From: an uncultured Pirellulaceae bacterium
Lineage (GTDB): Bacteria; Planctomycetota; Planctomycetia; Pirellulales; Pirellulaceae
Assembly: GCA_964641465.1 (NCBI GenBank)
Contig: CAZXLW010000005.1
Span: 49,081 to 113,080, forward strand
Direction: 5' to 3'
DNA length: 64,000 nucleotides
Positions 45,149 through 54,511 of this stretch are shown here, one piece after another. The notes beneath the pieces were generated by a model that saw only the letters and a program-made list of their open reading frames with translations, had not been told where the DNA came from and did not search any database. Within the stretch, counting starts at the first letter, position 1. Each line of letters begins with the position of its first letter. A program made the position numbers and the translations under genes.

Positions 45149-47098
45149 TTAAACGTCGATCTCTCCGGCGTCTTCGGCGCGGTTCATGATGAAGTGGAAT
45201 CTTGCCATGGCGTCTTTGCCCATCAAGTCACTGATCACTCGGTCCGTTTCCAGTTGATCGTCAATTTCGACTTTCAACAAACGACGCGTTTTCGGATTCA
45301 AAGTCGTTTCCCACAACACTTTTGGCATCATCTCGCCCAAGCCCTTAAATCGCGTGATCTCTGGGGTCGAACGACCGTCGCCATGTTCTTCCAGGATTCG
45401 GGCTCGGTCTTCTTCGTCGGCGGCCCAGTGAGTTGTTTTCCCGATATCAATTCGAAACAACGGTGGCACGGCAATATACAAACAGCCGTTGGCAATCAAT
45501 TGAGGCATATGGCGATAAAAGAAGGTTAACAACAAAGTTGTAATATGGTGACCGTCCGAATCGGCATCCGCCAACAAGATGATGCGGTCGTACCGCAGAC
45601 CGGCCATATTCATCTTGGGGCCAATCCCACATCCAATGGCGGTAACCAGGTCCTGGATCTCTTTGTTCTCCAGGATTTTCTTCATGGTCGCGTTTTCAGT
45701 GTTCAAGACTTTACCACGCAACGGCAGGATCGCCTGGTTGTTGCGATCACGACCCTGTTTGGCCGACCCGCCAGCCGAGTCACCTTCGACAATAAACAGC
45801 TCGGAATCGCCTCGTCCTGAATTCAGGCAATCGCTCAACTTGCCCGGCAGCATAGATCGTTTGCCGCCAGTCTTGCGAGAAACCGCAGCGGAAGCAGCCC
45901 GCGACGCCGCCCGCGCACGAGCCGCAGCAATGATCCGTGCGATGATCCCGTCGGCAGTCTCCCGATTGTTGTTCATCCACTGTTCGAGGGCAGGGCGGAC
46001 CGCCCCGTCAATCATACTTTGCACTTCCGCGTTGTTCAGTCGATCCTTGGTTTGCCCCTGGAATGACGGTTCAGCGATAAAGATCGAAACGATCGCAACC
46101 ATACCTTCGCGAATATCATCCGGCAGAATCTTCACACCACGCGGGATCAAGTTGTGCATGTCAAAGTAGTTTCGCACCGCCTTGTTCAAGCCAGCTCGGA
46201 AACCGTTTTCGTGAGTTCCACCGCTACCGGTCGGGATCCCGTTTACATACGAGCGGACGTGCTCGTCGGTCGATTCAGTCCACTGCAACGCGAACTCGAA
46301 ACGATCGGGATCGGAAACGCTCAACGTAAACGGCGCTTCGTGAATCGGATTGGCCTCGCGCTGTTTGCAAATCTTGGCGAGGTAGTCAACGATCCCGTTC
46401 TCGTGAAAGAAGGATTCCTTCTTGCCATTCACATCGTCGATGAAATTGACTTTCAGGCCACGGTGGAGAAAGCTGGCAATTTCCAAGCGTTGTCGAACTG
46501 TGTCGGGATTGAACTGGGTGCGGGGGAAGATCGTCGGATCTGGTGAAAACGAAATCGAAGTCCCGGTCCCTCGTACATTCCCTTTCAGTTTCTGCAGCTT
46601 GGTCTTGGCGTGCCCTTTGGCAAATTCCATTTTGTACTGCGCCCCTCCGCGCCGTACGACTGCGACCAGTTTCTTCGAAAGCGCGTTGACGACAGACGCA
46701 CCAACGCCGTGCAAACCTCCGGCCGTTTTATAATTGTCGCCGTCAAATTTACCGCCAGCATGCAGAACGGTAAGCACCGTTTCCAAAGCACTCTTTTTGG
46801 TCTTGGCATGTTTGTCGATTGGAATGCCGCGTCCGTTGTCGGAAACCGTGACCGATTCGCCATCCTTGTGAAGCTGCACCGTGATCTCGGTCGCGTGCCC
46901 GTTCATGGCCTCGTCGATCGAGTTATCCATGATCTCCCAGATCAAGTGATGCAAACCGGCGGACTGAACGCCGCCAATGTACATGCCTGGGCGTTTGCGA
47001 ACGGGTTCCAAGCCCTCAAGGACCGTGATATTTTCGCTTTGATACGATTTGGCCTTGGTGGATTTCGTTTTCGATTTCGATTTGGTAGCTGTGGGCAT
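45149..47098 (-). CDS. Type IIA DNA topoisomerase B subunit (GyrB/ParE family; probably ParE-like)
   Basis: 649 aa with 'VLEGLEPVRKRPGMYIGG', 'HLIWEIMDNSIDEA', the TOPRIM motifs 'ELFIVEGDSAGGSA' and 'ILLADADSDGHHI'. It has an unusual N-terminal 'MPTATKSKSKTKSTKAKS'. Confidence 0.93.
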   Translation of the reverse strand: MPTATKSKSKTKSTKAKSYQSENITVLEGLEPVRKRPGMYIGGVQSAGLHHLIWEIMDNSIDEAMNGHATEITVQLHKDGESVTVSDNGRGIPIDKHAKTKKSALETVLTVLHAGGKFDGDNYKTAGGLHGVGASVVNALSKKLVAVVRRGGAQYKMEFAKGHAKTKLQKLKGNVRGTGTSISFSPDPTIFPRTQFNPDTVRQRLEIASFLHRGLKVNFIDDVNGKKESFFHENGIVDYLAKICKQREANPIHEAPFTLSVSDPDRFEFALQWTESTDEHVRSYVNGIPTGSGGTHENGFRAGLNKAVRNYFDMHNLIPRGVKILPDDIREGMVAIVSIFIAEPSFQGQTKDRLNNAEVQSMIDGAVRPALEQWMNNNRETADGIIARIIAAARARAASRAASAAVSRKTGGKRSMLPGKLSDCLNSGRGDSELFIVEGDSAGGSAKQGRDRNNQAILPLRGKVLNTENATMKKILENKEIQDLVTAIGCGIGPKMNMAGLRYDRIILLADADSDGHHITTLLLTFFYRHMPQLIANGCLYIAVPPLFRIDIGKTTHWAADEEDRARILEEHGDGRSTPEITRFKGLGEMMPKVLWETTLNPKTRRLLKVEIDDQLETDRVISDLMGKDAMARFHFIMNRAEDAGEIDV

Positions 47099-47177
47099 GG
47101 TGTGTTGCAGATTCTGGTTTGTTTCAAATCCGATTTTGTAATTTGCAATAGCTGGTGGAGACCACCGTCAGCGGTAA

Positions 47178-49700
47178 CTAACTTTCGGAACTTACCGGTT
47201 TCAGTTCGCCAGGCGGCTTGATTGGGGGCCAGACGATTTTGGCAATCTTGCCGTTCTTCTGGATCTCATTTCCCTTGCCACCGCGAGACGTCGTGCGGTA
47301 CTTGGCAGTGGAGATTGTTTTCTGTGCTCCGCGATTGGTTTCGACGACCAGCAAGTCCCGATCACCTGTCGATGGTTTGAACCCAAGCAACTTGTCTGTC
47401 TTGGCCAACTTGATCAGCGTGACGCCTTTGCCTGCACCGGAGAGGTAATTGATGTCTTCGGTTGGACAAATAACGGCTCGGCAGTCCTGCGAGATTGCCA
47501 GGATCGTTTCGCTGCTGTCGATCGCATAGACACCGATCAACTCGGCACCCTTGGTAGCCCTCGCATAACGCCGTCCGCTACGCGTCGACGGCTCGACAAA
47601 CATCTCCAGCCCGAATCGCAGCGCGAAACCGTTGCTCGATGCAGCCAATCCATGCTTGTCGGGTAAGTATTCAGGCTGTTTGGGATCGGCGTAAACGTCG
47701 CCGATCACGCGGGGATCGAACGACAACATGGCGACAATCCGTTCGCCATCCTTCAAGCGGAAAATCTTTTGAATCGGATCGCCAAATCCTGTGGACGCTG
47801 GAATGTCAGCCATGCGGGCGGTGTAACAAACTCCGGTGGATGAAAAGAACCCAACCGTATTTCGTGTGGAACCACCCACGCAAGCCAAAACCGCATCGCC
47901 TTGTCGCAGTCGACTCTTGGCCGGATCAGCAATGTTCCGCTGACGTTTCACCCAGCCGTCTTTGGTGATCAAGACGTGACATTCTTCGTTGACAATAAAG
48001 TCTTCGGCGCTGATTTCGACTTCTTCCGAAACCGCTTCGATCTTCGTTCGGCGTTTGGCGTCCGGCAGTTTGCAATAGGTAGTGATCAACTCCTGAATTT
48101 CAGTTCGCACAATGGCCCAGCGTCCGGACGCGTTGGTGTCGGCGGTATCTTCTTTCAACAGCTTCCGGATCTCGCGTGCGCGTTTTTCTTTCTTTTTCAG
48201 CTCATCGAGGACGAGGTTGATTTCCAGCTTCGCCAAACGATACAACTTCAATTCCAGGATCGCTTCCGTTTGTTCGGCGTCCAGTCCGGTTTGTTTTCCT
48301 TTTCCTTCCTTGAGCGGGAAGCGTTTCATGATCTTGACGGCCGCGTCCGCTTTCCCATCGCTGCGACGGATGATTTTGATGACTTCGTCCAACACGTCGA
48401 AGATGGTGACAAAACCACGGAGGATATGAATCCTCTTTTCCAACGCCGCTAACTCGTTTTGCAGTCGCCGGGTGACAACGTCCAGTCGAAACTGCAGGAA
48501 ATACCAAAGCGCTTCCTTCAAACCCAATCTCTCGGGGCGACCAACGTCCGGGTTTTCTGTCGGGACCAGACAGGTCAAGTTGACGTTAAAGTTTGTTTGC
48601 AGTTGCGTATTCTTGTACAGAAACGCCAGGACTTTGTCCGGGTCCGCGTCTTTTTTTAGTACCAAATCGATACGAATGTCATCGGTCGAAAGATCACGAA
48701 CTTCGGTGACTAACGGCAGCTTACTGGAATAAACCAGGTCTGAAATCCGCTCCACCAAGCTGGCTTTGTTGACCGCATAAGGAATCGAGGTGATCTGCAA
48801 AACCCGGCCGGTTTTCTTATTGCCGCCGATAAGCTTGCTTTGCCCACGAGTCGTAATCGCGCCTTGTCCAGTGCGATAAATTTCACGCAACTCTTCCTTG
48901 CTGTTAATGACTTGCCCGCCCAACGGGAAGTCAGGACCTTGAACGGCATCCTGGGCTACCAATTGATAGTCTTTGATCTCCGGGTCCTTTAACAACTTCA
49001 AACAGGCGTTGCAAAGTTCCTTCAAGTTGTGAGGTGGAATGTTGGTCGCCATGCCAACTGCGATTCCGGTCGCTCCGTTGAGCAACAGGTTCGGTATGCG
49101 GCTTGGCAACACCACGGGCTCTTCGCGGCTGCCGTCATAGTTGGGGCGGAACGCGACCGTCAGCGTCGAGAGATCGGTTAACAGTTCGCCGGCAATTCGC
49201 GTCCGGCGACATTCGGTGTATCGCATTGCCGCCGCGTTGTCGCCGTCGATCGAACCAAAGTTCCCGCTGCCGTCGATGAGCGGCATACGCAGCGAGAATG
49301 GTTGAGCCATCCTTACCAAAGCGTCATAGATCGAACTATCGCCGTGCGGATGGTAGTTCGCCATCGCGTCACCGACGACCTTCGCGCTTTTGCGATGCTT
49401 GGCGTTGTGGTCGAGGCTAAGCTGCCGCGTGGTATACAGGATCCGACGCTGCACCGGCTTCATGCCGTCGCGAACATCCGGCAGCGCTCGGGACGTGATT
49501 ACTGACAGCGAGTAGTTCAGATAACGGGTTTGAGCGGCCAGTCGCAGCGGAACGTTTTCCAGTCCCAACGTTTCGGCTTCATCAAACAGAGCGCGCTGCT
49601 TTCCGTTTTGCTTGCCATTCGATCTGGCTTTGCTTGCCGATTTACTTTTCGAGCCAGATTTCTTGCTGGCTTTCTTTTTTACGGGCCGGCGTTTTGCCAC
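47178..49700 (-). CDS. Type IIA DNA topoisomerase A subunit (GyrA/ParC family; probably ParC-like)
   Basis: 840 aa with '[19 protein letters not shown]', '[17 protein letters not shown]' and the active-site 'AAMRYTE'. There is no GyrA-box in the first C-terminal blade. It carries a 40-aa Lys/Ser-rich N-terminal extension. Confidence 0.93.
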   Translation of the reverse strand: MAKRRPVKKKASKKSGSKSKSASKARSNGKQNGKQRALFDEAETLGLENVPLRLAAQTRYLNYSLSVITSRALPDVRDGMKPVQRRILYTTRQLSLDHNAKHRKSAKVVGDAMANYHPHGDSSIYDALVRMAQPFSLRMPLIDGSGNFGSIDGDNAAAMRYTECRRTRIAGELLTDLSTLTVAFRPNYDGSREEPVVLPSRIPNLLLNGATGIAVGMATNIPPHNLKELCNACLKLLKDPEIKDYQLVAQDAVQGPDFPLGGQVINSKEELREIYRTGQGAITTRGQSKLIGGNKKTGRVLQITSIPYAVNKASLVERISDLVYSSKLPLVTEVRDLSTDDIRIDLVLKKDADPDKVLAFLYKNTQLQTNFNVNLTCLVPTENPDVGRPERLGLKEALWYFLQFRLDVVTRRLQNELAALEKRIHILRGFVTIFDVLDEVIKIIRRSDGKADAAVKIMKRFPLKEGKGKQTGLDAEQTEAILELKLYRLAKLEINLVLDELKKKEKRAREIRKLLKEDTADTNASGRWAIVRTEIQELITTYCKLPDAKRRTKIEAVSEEVEISAEDFIVNEECHVLITKDGWVKRQRNIADPAKSRLRQGDAVLACVGGSTRNTVGFFSSTGVCYTARMADIPASTGFGDPIQKIFRLKDGERIVAMLSFDPRVIGDVYADPKQPEYLPDKHGLAASSNGFALRFGLEMFVEPSTRSGRRYARATKGAELIGVYAIDSSETILAISQDCRAVICPTEDINYLSGAGKGVTLIKLAKTDKLLGFKPSTGDRDLLVVETNRGAQKTISTAKYRTTSRGGKGNEIQKNGKIAKIVWPPIKPPGELKPVSSES

Positions 49701-50031
49701 TTCAATCCCTTCTGATCACTGTCACTGTTGAACGTAAACTGGCGTTGCCGCGTTTGTTGTCGGGTCCGGATCCGCATGGATCCATTCACTCGACGAGAAC
49801 AAAATCGACGCGCAACGGCCGATCGCCATTGCCTCATACCGGCAGCCGCGGTGGTTTGGGGGGATTGTACCAATCAGGCGGTTTTGGATACAGGCTGCTT
49901 TTCGTGCGAATTACGGTTCATCGCGAGCTGCTATTCGAGACGCCAATCAAGGCTCCATTCGCCATACCGGCACCGCAGGCAGTACTCGCTGGTTCGGGTT
50001 GAACGACCTGATGTAAGAAAACGAACGCTGG

Positions 50032-51882
50032 TCAATCCGTAAGAATGGCACCGCACGACTGGAAATGGGTTCGCTGTGCCTCGTCGTAGTTCGCACCACG
50101 CAGGTCGACAAGGTAGAAGTCGACATCTTTCACGCGCGCACCGATCAGATCGCAACCTTGCAGGCTGGCTTTGCGAATATCTTCGATTCGCCGGAAATGC
50201 TGGTCAAAGTAATCATCGGTGTAAAACCCGGTTCTGGTCCCGTGCGAAGGGTACGGACTTCCCACGATTCCGCTGCGAGTCGAACCGTAGTGAAACTGGC
50301 AACCGGAAAAGTCGACGCCTCGCAAATTGCAGTTCGTCCAGACGATGTCACCCAGCTTCGCACACGTGAGCAGGCTGTCGGTTAGATCGCAATCATGCAA
50401 TTTGGATTCCGAAAAATCTGCATCAGATATCTGACAACCACGTAAACAAATGTTGTCCAGAACGATTCCCGCGAAGTTGCTTCTAGACAGATCGCACTTC
50501 AGAAAATACGTGTCACGGGTCACGACATGTCGCAGATCAACTTGTGAGATTGACGTACGTTTGAACTTCGTACCAACCAGCGTAGCACCAGACATTTTGC
50601 TTCGGTTCAGTTTCGCAAAAAACAAAGTTGCGAAATTCAAATTCGCATTTCGAAGGTCTGCTCCGAGAAAGTCCGTTTTGCAGAAACCGCCACGTTCCAG
50701 ATTCGCGTTGGATAAGCATGCGCTTGAGAAATCCGCTTTGTCAGCATTGACGCCGCGGAGGTTGGCATCGGAAAAGTCTGCATGCTTGGCGACCAGTTTC
50801 TCGAGATTGCTGTTCGTCAAATTGGCACTAGCGAAACTACTGCCAGTGACATTCGTATTCGCGAGACTGCAGAACGGCAGATTGGCTTTCATAAAAATGG
50901 CCATCGTGACCAGAGAATTTTCAAGAATCAGCTCTGGTGCTCCGAAACCCGGTAACTGAGCACCGAACAAATTCAGTTCGCGTTGCCGGGACGGCTGCCA
51001 TGTTGAGTCCAGCTTGAAGAGCAGGCTGGCTGCGTTTCCTGAGTGACTATCCCAGACCTTGTTGGCCAGAGTGTTCAGGTGTTCAACGGCGTCATCGTTT
51101 GTTTCCGCAAACAATCGGCTGGCAAAATACTCGATCCAGATCGGCGTCACCATCCGCGCCAGACACTCGGGCGTTTTTCCTTGCCGTAACGATTCGATCA
51201 GTTTACCGGTGGCGATCACGTACCGCACCGTTTGGACACTCAAGAACTTTACGGTTTCCTCGTCTACGTAGCGTGGGGCGAACTTCTGCAACTCGATGCC
51301 GGCATTGACATCATCAAAATGATGTTCAACGCATTTGGAAATGACTCGGCCGCGGTATTGTTTGTGCTTGAAACGCAGCGATTCAAAGTGAGTCAGAATT
51401 GCCGCCTCGATAGTTGCAACGTCATCCTGTTCGATCATCACGTCGAGTGTTCTGGCCAGCACACGAGGAGAACCACTGGCGAGCCAAAGATCTTCGCTCA
51501 CCATCAATCGGCCCATGACGGACTTGCACCGATCCGGAGCCGTTGCCAGTAAGTAGTCAATGCAATCGTCCCGCGACCACCGGGCCAATTTCAATTTAAC
51601 ACTACCGTGTGTAAACGAAGGTGCCGTATAAACGGTCAAGTCCCATGCTTTCAGGTCTTCGATGGATTCGCCGTTGTCCAGGAATCGGAGTTTCGGTTGG
51701 CCAGTGAAATAATTTTGCAAATGGGCGATGGCAGTTGATTTGCCTTCACCAACCAGTCTGACGGCCAGAGTCTTCGAGTCAATGTAATCTGAAATGAGGT
51801 CAACCAACGGTACCACTTCACCATCGGAGTTATAGGTCCTTGGCTCGACCGCTGCGACGAAATTTTCAGGTGGCTTGGACAA
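50032..51882 (-). CDS. Pentapeptide-repeat protein with a ~300-aa N-terminal domain carrying a P-loop-like motif
   Basis: 616 aa. 'VRLVGEGKSTAIAHL' (GxGKST) lies near aa 45. From about aa 300 there are long runs of A(D/N)LxX pentapeptides ('ANLTNSNLEKLVAKHADFSDANLRGVNADKADFSSACLSNANLERGGF...'). The C-terminal 'FYTDDY...LQGCDLIGARVKDVDFYLVDLRGANYD' is typical of the family. Confidence 0.85.
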   Translation of the reverse strand: MSKPPENFVAAVEPRTYNSDGEVVPLVDLISDYIDSKTLAVRLVGEGKSTAIAHLQNYFTGQPKLRFLDNGESIEDLKAWDLTVYTAPSFTHGSVKLKLARWSRDDCIDYLLATAPDRCKSVMGRLMVSEDLWLASGSPRVLARTLDVMIEQDDVATIEAAILTHFESLRFKHKQYRGRVISKCVEHHFDDVNAGIELQKFAPRYVDEETVKFLSVQTVRYVIATGKLIESLRQGKTPECLARMVTPIWIEYFASRLFAETNDDAVEHLNTLANKVWDSHSGNAASLLFKLDSTWQPSRQRELNLFGAQLPGFGAPELILENSLVTMAIFMKANLPFCSLANTNVTGSSFASANLTNSNLEKLVAKHADFSDANLRGVNADKADFSSACLSNANLERGGFCKTDFLGADLRNANLNFATLFFAKLNRSKMSGATLVGTKFKRTSISQVDLRHVVTRDTYFLKCDLSRSNFAGIVLDNICLRGCQISDADFSESKLHDCDLTDSLLTCAKLGDIVWTNCNLRGVDFSGCQFHYGSTRSGIVGSPYPSHGTRTGFYTDDYFDQHFRRIEDIRKASLQGCDLIGARVKDVDFYLVDLRGANYDEAQRTHFQSCGAILTD

Positions 51883-52095
51883 AAAGAATAACGCTCCAGA
51901 TTGACCTTTCTAATAATCATTTCAGTCCTGGATTCAAGGTCAACCAATTTTTGACGCACAGGTGTCAATTTCTTAAACGGAAGGGCGTAGTCCTTGGTTT
52001 TTGGGCCGGCAGACTGTAACCGGCGACTATAGAGTCGAGGCGTGGGCTAACGGCGAACCGCTAAATTTCGAATGCGGCCAAGAGATCTGTCAGTC

Positions 52096-52163
52096 ATGAA
52101 TTGCCGGGTGCCATTGCCTGAACTGACAGGTGCCATGGCCATGAATTGACGGGTGCCATGTTT
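52096..52163. repeat. Three tandem 22-23-bp direct repeats (core TGAAYTGMCRGGTGCCAT)
   Basis: Read directly: TGAATTGCCGGGTGCCAT (52097..52114), TGAACTGACAGGTGCCAT (52119..52136), TGAATTGACGGGTGCCAT (52142..52159). They lie in an ORF-free 540-bp intergenic region. Confidence 0.85.
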
Positions 52164-52422
52164 ACGCGAGCGTTGGTGGTTACGTGCGCCGCACGGTCCA
52201 AGCATGCTCACGCCGCGTTGACCATTGCCTGATCCGTAGCGTAAGCATGCCGTTGCGAGGAGTTTGGTTTATTACTGGAATGGCGTGAACATGGCACCCA
52301 AAAACCAGGGACGCAGACTATTCAATGCAATTCTGACGGACCATTAGAATGACGGACCACTAAAATGAAGGAAGTGCCGCAGGCGGGTTGCGTCGGACAC
52401 ATTGTCCCCGGTCCCATCTTCA

Positions 52423-52935
52423 TCAGTTCTGAGCGTTATTGCGGAACGTGATTTTTTCGATCAGTGTTTTGACCGAATCGTCGGGCATGACTTTGCCGGA
52501 AACAGCACCGATGGCTCTTACGGTGTATTGATACTTGAGCGAGTAGTCGATATCGAACTCGACTTCCACGTCGTCTGCGGACGATGGATCGGAGTTGCCG
52601 GCCAGGACCGATTCGACAAAGTTTGTCAAATCGGAAAACATCGTTTGGCCGGTAAGTTGTTGAGATTGCAATTGATCGTCAACATCGATGTTCGCGATGT
52701 CTCCATCCGCCCCGGCATTCAGTTTGACAGTGATCAACGTCTTCAGGTTTTCGTCGATCGTCTCAGATGGTGGCTCGATGGCTGCCAATGGCATCCGCAC
52801 ATTGAAATCGCCTTCCAATGCAACGATTTTGAAAGTCATGATGAAGAATACCAATAGCTGAAACACGACGTCGATCATCGCCGTCATGTTCAATTTGACT
52901 TCTTCGTCTTGTTGGCTTCCACCGCCAAATCTCAT
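52423..52935 (-). CDS. ExbD/TolR-family biopolymer transport protein
   Basis: 170 aa with 'LNMTAMIDVVFQLLVFFIMTF' and then a periplasmic domain. Confidence 0.85.
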   Translation of the reverse strand: MRFGGGSQQDEEVKLNMTAMIDVVFQLLVFFIMTFKIVALEGDFNVRMPLAAIEPPSETIDENLKTLITVKLNAGADGDIANIDVDDQLQSQQLTGQTMFSDLTNFVESVLAGNSDPSSADDVEVEFDIDYSLKYQYTVRAIGAVSGKVMPDDSVKTLIEKITFRNNAQN

Positions 52936-53019
52936 GATATCTTTCGCTCGAGTTCTTTCGTTTTCGGTTCGTTCATGCTTCAGGCTGTATTTCGAATCGT
53001 GTTCGTCTCAGTAGTCCAG

Positions 53020-53463
53020 TCAGTCGACTCGTTCCTTGACTCGAAACGAAAAATTCTCCAGCTTCAGTGACTGGCACTTGGTCATCAGTTCCTGGACCAG
53101 CCCGGTAGGCGTATCCTGGTGCGATCGAATGATGACGGCGATTTCGCCCGGCGGGACATTCTCACGTTGCGCCGCCGAGATTTCGCGATTCAACAGGCCG
53201 GTGAGGAATTCTATCTGAGGGACTTTCTGTCCAGAAAATTTCACGCTGCCATCGGGAAGCAAATTCAAAATGATCTGATACTCCGGCCGTGTCTCAGGTG
53301 GACGGGCCAGTTGATGGGCCGGTAACAGAATCTCTTCAGCACGATCGACTTCTGAGAAATTGATCAGCAGCATGAAAAACGCGATCAACTGGAACGTGAC
53401 GTCGATCATCGGCGTCAGGTCCGCTTCCAGAATGCCAGAGTCTGTTTTTTTTCGAAACTTCAT
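53020..53463 (-). CDS. ExbD/TolR-family biopolymer transport protein
   Basis: 147 aa with 'DLTPMIDVTFQLIAFFMLLINF' and C-terminal 'IAVIIRSHQDTPTGLVQELMTKCQ'. Confidence 0.85.
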   Translation of the reverse strand: MKFRKKTDSGILEADLTPMIDVTFQLIAFFMLLINFSEVDRAEEILLPAHQLARPPETRPEYQIILNLLPDGSVKFSGQKVPQIEFLTGLLNREISAAQRENVPPGEIAVIIRSHQDTPTGLVQELMTKCQSLKLENFSFRVKERVD

Positions 53464-53490
53464 ATCTTGTTGGTCGTTGCTCGTGCGCGA

Positions 53491-54291
53491 TCAGGCTTCG
53501 GTCTTGGTTCCGACTTTCTCGAACCGGTTCATCAAACGATCGCTGGTTATCCCGACTTCCAGAACCTGTCGTTGAATGATATTGCGAATGATGTTGAACG
53601 CTGCGATGGCCGGGATCGCGATCGCCAGACCGATCAGTGTTGTTAGCAGGGCCGTTGAAATACCGGATGCCAGTTTGGTGGCGTCGGGCGCGGTGCCGCC
53701 TAATGCGATGACCTGGAACGATGTGATCATTCCGTGAACCGTGCCGAACAAACCGATCATCGGGCTGATGGTTCCAATCAAAGCCAGATAGCTGAGGCGG
53801 TGATCCAGTTTCAGGCTCTCTTCTTCGCCCACTTCCTGCATGGAATCGACGGCGCTTTGGTAGCTGCCGGATAGCTTGGCCATCCCGGCGGCCAGAACGT
53901 TGCCGAGGAATGACTCGTCAGCTTTCGCCAGCTCGTATGCTTCCTGATATTGTTTCTGATCCAGATGAGCTTCGAATCCTTCGATCAGGTGCTGGGGGCA
54001 AACATAGTCCCGTCGCGCGGCAAGGATGTTCATGATCAGGAATGCAAAGAAGACGAATGACAAAGCGAGGAAGATCAGAATGTATCCCCAACCCAGCGAT
54101 TCGATCAGCCACGTCAGAACATTCTTGGAAGGCTGAGCAGTCTCGGCAGCTCCGTCCTGGGCAAACGCCAGGTCGGCTTGCCAGGCCGCGAGAATCCCGA
54201 TCATTGCAAACAGGACTAATTTGAATTTCGCCATTTTGGCAACGCTTCTCGAACCCATACTCTCCTCAATTTCCGCTGCAACAATCTGCAC
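53491..54291 (-). CDS. MotA/TolQ/ExbB-family proton channel with signal peptide
   Basis: 266 aa with 'LIGTISPMIGLFGTVHGMITSF' and 'GISTALLTTLIGLAIAIPAIAAFN'. The N-terminal 'MAKFKLVLFAMIGILAAWQADLAFAQ' suggests the true start is one of the internal ATGs (codon 12 or 20). Confidence 0.88.
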   Translation of the reverse strand: MQIVAAEIEESMGSRSVAKMAKFKLVLFAMIGILAAWQADLAFAQDGAAETAQPSKNVLTWLIESLGWGYILIFLALSFVFFAFLIMNILAARRDYVCPQHLIEGFEAHLDQKQYQEAYELAKADESFLGNVLAAGMAKLSGSYQSAVDSMQEVGEEESLKLDHRLSYLALIGTISPMIGLFGTVHGMITSFQVIALGGTAPDATKLASGISTALLTTLIGLAIAIPAIAAFNIIRNIIQRQVLEVGITSDRLMNRFEKVGTKTEA

Positions 54292-54511
54292 GTTCGGTAT
54301 CTGCCCTTAAATCAAAACGCCAATTTTAGGGCAATGTTGTGTTCATTCAATTGTCGAAACCAGCGAATGTGCGACAGGTTCCGCTAATTCTGTGGAAGTG
54401 GGTTGAGACGCAGGGATCTACCCGTTTGTCGACAAAAACCAAAGTTAGTCACGAAAATATTTCTCATAACGGCTTGTGTATCGACAGATAACTCAAGCTT
54501 GGCTTGGTTTC

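Noticed and set aside
47178-47300. 'TSRGGKG' near the C-terminus of the topoisomerase A subunit considered as proof of gyrase identity.
   Set aside because: The canonical GyrA-box sits in the first blade of the C-terminal domain, which lacks it here. The motif's position in the last blade is non-canonical, so it neither proves gyrase nor excludes topo IV. No gene symbol was assigned.
52096-52250. Small ORFs within the tandem-repeat region (e.g. MNCRVPLPELTGAMAMN and a 24-aa ORF from the ATG at 52158).
   Set aside because: They have no RBS-like sequence, and the ORFs are a by-product of the ATG/TGA-containing repeat unit (ATGAATTGA). There is no basis to call them micropeptide genes.
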